Shown piece after piece: positions 19,916 through 26,783 of a stretch of 48,000 nt of DNA. Under the pieces are notes generated by a model that saw only the letters and a program-made list of their open reading frames with translations, searched no databases and was not told the origin of the DNA. The stretch's first letter is position 1. Every line of letters starts with the position of its first letter. The translations under genes and the position numbers were made by a program. Origin of the DNA: Rhizobium sp. Q54 (lineage in GTDB: Bacteria > Cyanobacteriota > Cyanobacteriia > Pseudanabaenales > Pseudanabaenaceae); contig CALRKB020000022.1 in the NCBI GenBank assembly GCA_943367755.1, positions 18,020 to 66,019 on the forward strand. Direction: 5' to 3'.

Positions 19916-20961
19916 GACACAGATACTCCAAATTCTTCTCGTTCTAACCAGGAAACTGGTAGAAATGACTTGATTGTGTCGCCCAGATTTTGTGCGATCG
20001 CGATTTTGTAGGCTAACTGTCCCACTGCTAAATCGAGCACGCCCAATCCAAATGGACTGAAGATCGCGAGTTGGTGATCGTCTTGGCGTGCAGGTGCAAC
20101 ACCATTGAGAATATCGCCTAGAGTACAGCGAATAAAATCGCGATTTCCTGTTTGTTGTTCGGCGAGGTGAATTGATGTTTGGGCGCGGGATACATGATCG
20201 ATATCATCAACAACGTTATCCGCCGCTAAGATGATTTCTGGGGACAAGTCTCGCAGGGAAATATGTAAGATGATCGTGCCGGGGTGACACTGAGAAAGGT
20301 CGGATATGTGCGGTTTGGCGGCGGTGGTGGCAAAAGAAACCACGGCAGAATTCCGAAAAACAGGATCGGATTCTGTAACAATAACTATCTCCAATTTCTC
20401 AGACAATTGCTGACACTTTCGTGTAAATTGTTCGGCGCGTTCTCGGCTCAGATCGTAAACTAGGACGGTTTCAATTTCTGGACAAGTGGTTAAGAGAAAC
20501 CGCAGGATTTCAAAATTAATTAACCCAGTCCCAATCATTCCCAGCGTCGTCAATTTTTGCTGGCCGCGTAATTGTTCCGCCGCGATCGCCGCACTTGCCG
20601 CAGTACGTTTGGCACTGATAATCGAGCTTTCCATAATTGCTTTGGTGTGGCCAGTTTGGGTGGAATTGAGGATTAAAGTAGCCGAAGCTCTTTCCATCCC
20701 CAAGGCGAGATTGTCTGGGAAAGAAGCAATCCATTTAATCCCCGTCGCATTCACCTCACCACCTAAATAAGCAGGTAAAGCAATAATCCGGTCTTTTTCA
20801 TGATTTGGGAATCGCAAAAAGCTGGAATGAGGCAAACAGCTATCACCTTTGGCATGGATTTGATAGGCTAATTTGACAGCTTCCAAGATCTCGCGATCGC
20901 GGTTTTGCAATAGGGTAAAAATCTCATTACCTCTTAAGAGCAGAATGTCATCATAATTCAT
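19912..20961 (-). CDS. sbnB: SbnB-like NAD-dependent dehydrogenase (ornithine cyclodeaminase / mu-crystallin family), L-2,3-diaminopropionate pathway
   Basis: The blocks RIIALPAYLGGEVNATGIKWIASFPDN and MERASATLILNSTQTGHTKAIMESSIISAKRTAASAAIAAEQL parallel S. aureus SbnB as I recall it. The gene is paired with an SbnA-like gene. I prefer the ATG at 20961 (MNYDDILLL), which lies downstream of the neighbour's stop, over the ORF-track start at 21033, which overlaps the upstream gene. Confidence 0.8.
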   Translation of the reverse strand: MNYDDILLLRGNEIFTLLQNRDREILEAVKLAYQIHAKGDSCLPHSSFLRFPNHEKDRIIALPAYLGGEVNATGIKWIASFPDNLALGMERASATLILNSTQTGHTKAIMESSIISAKRTAASAAIAAEQLRGQQKLTTLGMIGTGLINFEILRFLLTTCPEIETVLVYDLSRERAEQFTRKCQQLSEKLEIVIVTESDPVFRNSAVVSFATTAAKPHISDLSQCHPGTIILHISLRDLSPEIILAADNVVDDIDHVSRAQTSIHLAEQQTGNRDFIRCTLGDILNGVAPARQDDHQLAIFSPFGLGVLDLAVGQLAYKIAIAQNLGDTIKSFLPVSWLEREEFGVSVS

Positions 20962-20984
20962 GGCAAATTCCTGAAGATTTCTCT

Positions 20985-22094
20985 TTAATTTAGTGAATAC
21001 ATAGCAGCAGCACCAAAGTGTTCCTTGACCCAACTATCTGTATAAATTGTGTCGAGATAGCGTTCGCCGCGATCGCATAAAATCGCCGCACAAGTGGCAC
21101 CTGCGGGAATCTCTGTCAGCATTTTTCTGATTGCAGATATCACTGCACCCGATGAACCGCCAGCTAAGATAGCCTCACTCCGTAGCAATTGATAACAGCC
21201 ACTAATACATTCCATGTCGGATACGTGTATGACTCGATCCTCTAATCCAGGTTGGAACAATTCTGGAACTCGCGCCGCACCATGTCCGGGAATCAATCGT
21301 TTGCTGCGTTTGTCGCCAAAAATGACACTGCCTTTGGCATCAACAGCAATAATTTTGGTTTTGAGATTGTGGCTCTTGACATATTCCGAGCAGCCGCGCA
21401 GGGTGCCACACGTACCAGTAGCGCAGAATAAGTAGTCCAATTTACCGTCGAGAGCAGTAGCAATTTCGTGCATGGTCTGATGATGCGCGCGGACATTATT
21501 CATATTGGCGTACTGTTGACACCAAAAGCTCTTGGGAATTGAATTCAGTAATGACTTGACTCGATTAATACGAGCGGGTAGAAAATCACCAGTGATTGGG
21601 TCTGGTTCAGTGACTACATCAACTTCTGCGCCATAAGTTTTAAGGATTTTGATGTTCTGTTGGGTAGTTTTAGGATCGACAACACAGATTAGATGTAAAT
21701 TGAGTACGGCACAGGCTTGGGCTAGGCCAATTCCTAAATTTCCCGAACTGGATTCAATTATTGTATATCCGGCCTGAATATCTCCATTCTCAAATGCGCT
21801 TTTCAGCATATTTAGAGCTGGCCGATCTTTAACGCTACCACCAGGATTAAACATTTCCAACTTACCGAATAGTTGGAAATCAGCATCTTTGAAAACTTTT
21901 TCTAATTTAATTAGTGGTGTATTCCCCACCGTTGATAAAATCCCCGAATTCAATGGAAGGGCATTATGTTTTGAGGAGATGCCTACTAAATCGTGATCGC
22001 TTTGCTGCGTAACTATCAGTTGGGGGATTATAGGGGGAGCAGTTTTACTAGATCGCGAATGAGGTGGCTTAGTTTTGAACATTGGTTTTGACAT
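20985..22094 (-). CDS. sbnA: SbnA-like PLP-dependent enzyme (cysteine-synthase fold), L-2,3-diaminopropionate pathway
   Basis: The blocks GNTPLIKL, NPGGSVKDRPA, IIESSSGNLGIGLA, VVDPKTTQQNIKILKTYGAEV, IIAVDAKGSVIFGDK and ILCDRGERYLDTIYTDSWV closely track SbnA as I recall it. The likely start is the ATG at 22094 (MSKPMFK), preceded by a GGAG; the ORF-track start is 22163. Confidence 0.85.
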   Translation of the reverse strand: MSKPMFKTKPPHSRSSKTAPPIIPQLIVTQQSDHDLVGISSKHNALPLNSGILSTVGNTPLIKLEKVFKDADFQLFGKLEMFNPGGSVKDRPALNMLKSAFENGDIQAGYTIIESSSGNLGIGLAQACAVLNLHLICVVDPKTTQQNIKILKTYGAEVDVVTEPDPITGDFLPARINRVKSLLNSIPKSFWCQQYANMNNVRAHHQTMHEIATALDGKLDYLFCATGTCGTLRGCSEYVKSHNLKTKIIAVDAKGSVIFGDKRSKRLIPGHGAARVPELFQPGLEDRVIHVSDMECISGCYQLLRSEAILAGGSSGAVISAIRKMLTEIPAGATCAAILCDRGERYLDTIYTDSWVKEHFGAAAMYSLN

Positions 22095-22529
22095 ATCTAT
22101 TTTTCTCCGTGATGTCAGATATCTTGATTTTGTTTGAGCATTTCCCAAATCCAACTTCCACACAAATGGCCAAGTTCCTAGGAAGTTGATTTGAGGATTT
22201 ACTTAGTGAATGTGATGCCCAACTAGCATTTCAGTTGCTGCTTCCCTAACTGCAACAATAAGAAGTTCAGTAACCCTATTGAGATATTTCTGTCTGCTCA
22301 AAGCCCCAATTTTAGACCTTTGAGATCTCCTAATTATTTTTGTTCTGATGCCTTAAAATTGAGTAATTCTTCTCGCCTATCAAATTGGCTATAAAAACTC
22401 ATTTATAAAATAAAACCGATCTCTTTGCATTCATATAGCTAAGTATTCATTACTGATTGGGAATCAATTGTGAGTGAGATCAATCATTAACTGTGATTCT
22501 AGTCACATCTTGAAAATACAAATCAAAAT

Positions 22530-22673
22530 CAATACTTTCGCCAAGTCAAGAAGTCTCTGCCTAGGAGGAGATTGACTAGAATTAAGGTTCTGATCCATAG
22601 TATGTATAACATTTCACCCACTTGATTCTTTAAAAGACGTTTAACGTCATCAGTACCCAAAAAACCAGCCATG
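22530..22673 (-). CDS. Candidate 47-aa small ORF (MAGFLGTDDVKRLLKNQVGEMLYILWIRTLILVNLLLGRDFLTWRKY)
   Basis: Below the ORF-track length cutoff and found by hand translation. The ATG at 22673 has a strong AAGGAG 7 nt upstream. The C-terminal half is hydrophobic. It has the same orientation as the NRPS operon and lies upstream of it. Confidence 0.2.
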
Positions 22674-22858
22674 TTAATTCTCCTTAAGTATTCGATCTAG
22701 ATTGGGTTAGTCAATGTCTTAGCAACATAATTAGATGAACTAAACTTGATTTAATTAGAGTTCTCATTCGTCTATTGCAATTAGTACGTAGCTGCTAAAC
22801 AGTTGGATCGAGCTTCAGGGAAAAAAATTTTAAATCATGTCAGAATCACAGAAATATT

Positions 22859-23006
22859 ATGAATGTTATCTATCGATTACAGGGTAGCGAATTGGAATGG
22901 GATACCAACAAAATCTAAGGCAACATCAAATATATTGTTACCTTTGGGGGATGCAGCATAAGTTTTCTTGGCCCCTTCTACCAAAGCGGTGATGCTACTG
23001 TTAAAT
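22859..23006 (+). pseudogene. Remnant of a BrnT-like (DUF497) toxin gene
   Basis: Hand translation gives MNVIYRLQGSELEWDTNKI*GNIKYIVTFGGCSISFLGPFYQSGDATVK*. The pattern EWDxxK...NIK...(V)TF...(V)F(L)DPF-like matches BrnT N-termini. There is an in-frame TAA at 22916..22918, and the remnant is cut short before pepA. Confidence 0.35.
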
Positions 23007-23052
23007 AGCCAGGTATAATGCTTGCTGGTTGCGTCCTTAGGAATGTACTAAC

Positions 23053-24612
23053 GTGGAAATTAACTTGTTGGCTGGTAGTGCTAGCGATTGGTCAGGTGAT
23101 GGTTTGGCGATCGCGCTATTTCAGCAAGATGGGGAAGATACTGGCATACTCAGTACGGCACTAATCGATCTAGATACGCATAAGCTTGCAGGTACTCTCC
23201 AGGAACTAGTTAGCGAAACCGAATTTAAAGGGGAGATGGGATCGACGGCTAACGCTAGAGTCGGGGCAAATGCCACTATTCGCAAAGTGATGCTAATTGG
23301 CCTGGGTGAACCATCTAAGGCGACGGAAGACACTTGGCGTAAAGCCGCAGCCCAAGCAGCTAAATGGGGTATTCAGTCTAAATGCAAGAGTTTGGCTCTA
23401 TCTGTACCTCTGTATAACCAGGACGAAGCGCTGACAACGCAGTCTTTAGCTGAAGGGATTTTGCTTGCTACGCATCAGGATAAACGCTTTAAATCGAAAG
23501 GTGACGGCAAGAACGATACTAAAAGTGCTGACGGTGCCAAATCTGAAATCAAACTAGAACGAGTCGATCTACTTGGCTTTGCTGCACCCGCCGCTAGAGA
23601 TGGCTTGGAGAAAGCCCAAAAGATCTGTAGTGGCGCGATCGCCGCACGAGAACTAGTGTCAGCTCCAGCCAATGTCGTAACGCCTATAACCTTGGCCGAG
23701 ACTGCCAGAGCGATCGCTGTGACATACAAAGATTGCATGAGTGTCAAAATTCTGGAAAAAGCGGAATGCGAAGCTCTAGGTATGGGCGCATTTCTTGGTG
23801 TTGCCCAAGCCTCCGATCTGCCGCCTAAGTTTATTCATCTCACCTATAAGCCAGAAGGTAACGAATCTCCCAAGCATAAGCTGGCCATTATTGGCAAGGG
23901 TATCACCTTCGACTCCGGGGGGCTGAATATCAAAGCGGGTGTGGGCAGCAGCATTGAAATGATGAAAACAGATATGGGTGGAGCTGCCGCTACGCTCGGT
24001 GCCGCAAGCGCGATCGCCCAACTCCGCCCCAGCGCAATCGAAGTCCACTTCATCATTGCTGCTTGCGAAAACATGATCAGTGGCAAGGCAATTCACCCTG
24101 GCGACATTCTTACCGCCTCTAACGGCAAAACCATCGAAGTGAATAATACCGATGCGGAAGGACGACTTACCCTCGCTGATGCGCTTGTGTATGCGGATAA
24201 GTTAGGTGTGGATGCGATCGTCGATCTCGCGACCCTAACAGGTGCCTGCGTTGTGGCATTAGGAGATAGCATTGCGGGTCTATGGTCAAACAGTGACGAG
24301 CTAGCAGCCCAAATCCAGGCTGCCTCCCAAAAGGCAGGGGAAAAATTCTGGCGCATGCCATTGGAGGAACCCTACTTCGATCAATTGAAGTCCGTGGTGG
24401 CCGATTTTAAGAATACTGGTGCTCGGGCAGGCGGCTCAATTACGGCATCTTTATTCCTGAAACAGTTTGTTGATAAGACTCCTGCTTGGGCACATCTTGA
24501 TGTGGCGGGTCCAGTGTGGACAGAGAAAGAGAATGGTTACCTTAATGCGGGTGGGACTGGCTATCCCGTGCGTACCCTGGTTAATCTGGTTACGAGCATT
24601 GCAGATAGCTAA
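23053..24612 (+). CDS. pepA: Leucyl aminopeptidase (M17 family)
   Basis: 519-aa ORF (GTG start) with the M17 signature [14 protein letters not shown] and [24 protein letters not shown]. Confidence 0.95.
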   Translation: MEINLLAGSASDWSGDGLAIALFQQDGEDTGILSTALIDLDTHKLAGTLQELVSETEFKGEMGSTANARVGANATIRKVMLIGLGEPSKATEDTWRKAAAQAAKWGIQSKCKSLALSVPLYNQDEALTTQSLAEGILLATHQDKRFKSKGDGKNDTKSADGAKSEIKLERVDLLGFAAPAARDGLEKAQKICSGAIAARELVSAPANVVTPITLAETARAIAVTYKDCMSVKILEKAECEALGMGAFLGVAQASDLPPKFIHLTYKPEGNESPKHKLAIIGKGITFDSGGLNIKAGVGSSIEMMKTDMGGAAATLGAASAIAQLRPSAIEVHFIIAACENMISGKAIHPGDILTASNGKTIEVNNTDAEGRLTLADALVYADKLGVDAIVDLATLTGACVVALGDSIAGLWSNSDELAAQIQAASQKAGEKFWRMPLEEPYFDQLKSVVADFKNTGARAGGSITASLFLKQFVDKTPAWAHLDVAGPVWTEKENGYLNAGGTGYPVRTLVNLVTSIADS

Positions 24613-24711
24613 AGCAGTGTACGAAAACCGCGATCGCAGGACTTACGTAAAAGCTCAAACCTATTCAAACAAGTCAATTCGGCAGTCTAGAATTTGACCT
24701 CTCTCTAACCC

Positions 24712-24736
24712 CCTCTTCCCGTGAAGAGGTTTTTTT
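24712..24736 (+). terminator. Rho-independent terminator downstream of pepA
   Basis: CCTCTTC-CCGT-GAAGAGG followed by TTTTTTT, about 100 nt after the pepA stop. Confidence 0.65.
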
Positions 24737-24825
24737 AAGCCTTATATTCTCGTTACTTTTCCCTCTCCTACTCTGCTAATGTCTAAACTCCAATTGTCAG
24801 TGATGAAAAGCACATAATTTGTGTG

Positions 24826-24837
24826 ATTGATATCAAT
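24826..24837. promoter_or_regulatory. Perfect 12-bp palindrome ATTGATATCAAT upstream of the RiPP precursor gene (candidate operator)
   Basis: Self-complementary 12-mer about 95 nt upstream of the ATG at 24932. A second palindrome, GTATG-TTTG-CATAC, lies about 25 nt further downstream. No factor can be assigned. Confidence 0.2.
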
Positions 24838-24931
24838 TCATAAGTGAACTTAATGTTCAAGTATGTTTGCATACATCTTTTTCACATGAAATGATGTCCA
24901 ACAAAACTCAATTTCTCAAAGGAGAAACCAC

Positions 24932-25222
24932 ATGATAACAAAAACTGCACCCCAGATAACAACCGATCTCGAACAGTTTTACTTGGAGCTGTTGAAAGAC
25001 CCGATGCTGCAAGAGCGGCTTAAAGCAGCAACAGATCCAGATAGTCTTTGCGAACTAGCTGTAAAGTTGGGAGACGAGAAAGGCTACTTTTTCACTAAAG
25101 AGGAAGTCTTAGCTGCAATGGCAATAGAAGTTGCCATTGGGAATGAGTGGATTGAGGCTCTGGCCGATGATGGTGAAGGTGAGGATGTGCCGATGACATA
25201 TACACTAAGTGCCTGCTACTAA
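24932..25222 (+). CDS. RiPP precursor peptide with a Nif11-like leader and a short Thr/Ser/Cys/Tyr-rich C-terminal core
   Basis: 96-aa ORF with AAGGAGA 7 nt upstream of the ATG. The N-terminal segment LEQFYLELLKDPMLQERLKAATDPDSLCELAVKLGDEKGYFFTKEEV fits the Nif11-type leader pattern. The C-terminus is ...WIEALADDGEGEDVPMTYTLSACY. It is the first gene of the YcaO operon. Confidence 0.8.
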   Translation: MITKTAPQITTDLEQFYLELLKDPMLQERLKAATDPDSLCELAVKLGDEKGYFFTKEEVLAAMAIEVAIGNEWIEALADDGEGEDVPMTYTLSACY

Positions 25223-25268
25223 ATTTTGTGATAGTTATAGCGTCTTTTAGAATCTAAAAGAGATTTAT

Positions 25269-25326
25269 TTATGGGGGTGAAGGGGTTCTACCCCTTCTTG
25301 GGGGCGTTGCCCCCAAATCCCCTATT
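25269..25326. repeat. G/C-tract nested-hairpin element, copy 1
   Basis: TTATGGGGGTGAAGGGG-TTCTA-CCCCTTCTTGGGGG-CGTTG-CCCCCAAATCCCCTAT, containing AAGGGG/CCCCTT and TTGGGGG/CCCCCAA stems. A related copy lies at 26667..26751. Confidence 0.7.
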
Positions 25327-25500
25327 CGTTGGCAATAGAAGTTGCCATTGGAAGCTTATTTTTTGCCTTCCTAGTAAGTATTTTGATTTAACTTTTTCTG
25401 ATAAAGATTTTAGCCGAAACCCCTGAAATGGTAACACGGTATCTCCATCTCAGTTGGAAGTTTTAGGGTCGGTAGTTCATCTCAAATAAGAGCAAACTAT

Positions 25501-26613
25501 ATGAAGTATTCCATGGAAAGTTACCTAAAAATCGTTGTCTCCCAACTACATCCTGACCTGGTTTCTCCCGAAGCTTTGTCCCACATCCAGTCTCTCACCC
25601 AAGTTTTACCTTCTTCGTCTTTGGCTGGGCTTGAATGTCGTTTGGGAGCAAACCAATCGGGAGTTGACTTCCAAGTCCGTCTCCCATGCCTTGACCAAAA
25701 ATTACCAGAAAGTTTTTCAATCGCTCCAGCATGGCAATTTTTGCAAGACTTTTATCAGAATTGGACGATACCCAATTCTTCACTGCAGCAAGAGATTAGA
25801 AATGTTGGGCTGGAATTTGACGTGAACGAACGGATGCCTCAAGTCCCCATTCCCTCTATCTTCCTGCAATTTAGAGAGGAAAATCCTCTTGATGCTGAAA
25901 GACTACTACAAATGGTCAGGCTCCTTAACCATCAGATTTCTCCACTGCTTGAGTCGAATCTGCGCTGTTGTGCTGATTCCTTACCTGTTGGGACAATGAT
26001 TAGCCATCTCGGAGCAATGTTATCTCGCGTAGCCAAAGCTGTCAGGGTGAATGTCCAGGGAATTTCTCCAAATCAATTATTAGATTACCTAATGCAAATT
26101 GGCTGGACAGATTCAATACATACATTCTCTACTCTTGTATCGACTGTATCAGAGTTCACTGATACAGTTATCCTAAGTTTTGATATGGGAGATACTATTC
26201 TGCCTAGAATTGGTTTGGAATGTTTTCTGAATAAACAGCCCTACACTGAACCACGATGGGAGCGATTTTTAGACTATTTGGTTGAAAAAGGAGTGTGTAC
26301 TCCAGCTAAGAAAAATGCTTTTCTGACTTGGCCTGGATTGTCCCAGAAACCATCTGTTCCAGACCTATGGCCCAGTAATATTAGCGTTGGAGATCGCTTC
26401 TTAGGTGCTAGAGCGTCTAGCGTCTTTTGGCGAAAGGTTAGCCATATAAAACTGATCTATCAACCAGGTATGCCATTGGAAGCCAAAGGATATCTAGCTT
26501 TTGGTCATAACTGGTTTGCTTCTGATGTCCTGACTGAGAAGAAGCAAAAATCTGAAGAGTTTAAGGAGCAAAATTTGCTAATTAGCGACACAACTCAACC
26601 AGTTGTTTCCTAA
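25501..26613 (+). CDS. Orphan 370-aa protein of the RiPP operon (function unknown; diverged ABBA-type prenyltransferase is only a hypothesis)
   Basis: Long ORF co-directional with the operon. I recognise no family motif. A recurring strand-like motif is present (AGLECRLG, VGLEFDVN, IGLECFLN, plus AVRVNVQG, HIKLIYQP, AKGYLAF). There is no DDxxD motif. Confidence 0.6.
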   Translation: MKYSMESYLKIVVSQLHPDLVSPEALSHIQSLTQVLPSSSLAGLECRLGANQSGVDFQVRLPCLDQKLPESFSIAPAWQFLQDFYQNWTIPNSSLQQEIRNVGLEFDVNERMPQVPIPSIFLQFREENPLDAERLLQMVRLLNHQISPLLESNLRCCADSLPVGTMISHLGAMLSRVAKAVRVNVQGISPNQLLDYLMQIGWTDSIHTFSTLVSTVSEFTDTVILSFDMGDTILPRIGLECFLNKQPYTEPRWERFLDYLVEKGVCTPAKKNAFLTWPGLSQKPSVPDLWPSNISVGDRFLGARASSVFWRKVSHIKLIYQPGMPLEAKGYLAFGHNWFASDVLTEKKQKSEEFKEQNLLISDTTQPVVS

Positions 26614-26666
26614 ATAATCTAGCCTTAAGCGTCAATATAGCGCTTTTCAATTAAGAAAGGGTTCGC

Positions 26667-26751
26667 TTATGGGGTGAAGGGGCGGAACCCCTTCTTGGGG
26701 ATGCGTACGGAACGTAGGCGTAGACGTAGACGTTAGCCCCAAATCCCCTAT
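26667..26751. repeat. G/C-tract nested-hairpin element, copy 2 (with an internal CGTAG(G/A)-rich insert)
   Basis: CTTATGGGGTGAAGGGG-CGGAA-CCCCTTCTTGGGG...GCCCCAAATCCCCTATA shares both ends with copy 1. The centre holds ATGCGTACGGAACGTAGGCGTAGACGTAGACGTTA. Confidence 0.7.
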
Positions 26752-26783
26752 ACAAAGTATTAAAAAATGAGGGAAGAGACACC

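Noticed and set aside
22455-22505. Fur-box-like AT-rich sequence (GAGATCAATCATTAAC, flanked by GAATCA...TGATTC) upstream of the NRPS operon
   Set aside because: Only an 8-nt core (AATCATTA) matches the classical Fur consensus, in an 890-bp AT-rich region where such matches are expected by chance. It is not enough to claim iron regulation.
23053-24612. pepA as the missing leader peptidase of the adjacent RiPP operon
   Set aside because: pepA is a conserved housekeeping M17 aminopeptidase. It is separated from the precursor gene by a strong terminator and 320 nt, and it is HIP1-rich like the core genome. A trimming role cannot be excluded, but nothing in the sequence supports it.
24638-24647. 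AGGACTTACG motif just after the pepA stop, seen again at 44419..44428 overlapping the stop codon of the 944-aa gene
   Set aside because: It is only a 10-nt shared core with diverging flanks. It is probably part of a short dispersed cyanobacterial repeat, but it is too short to call from two copies.
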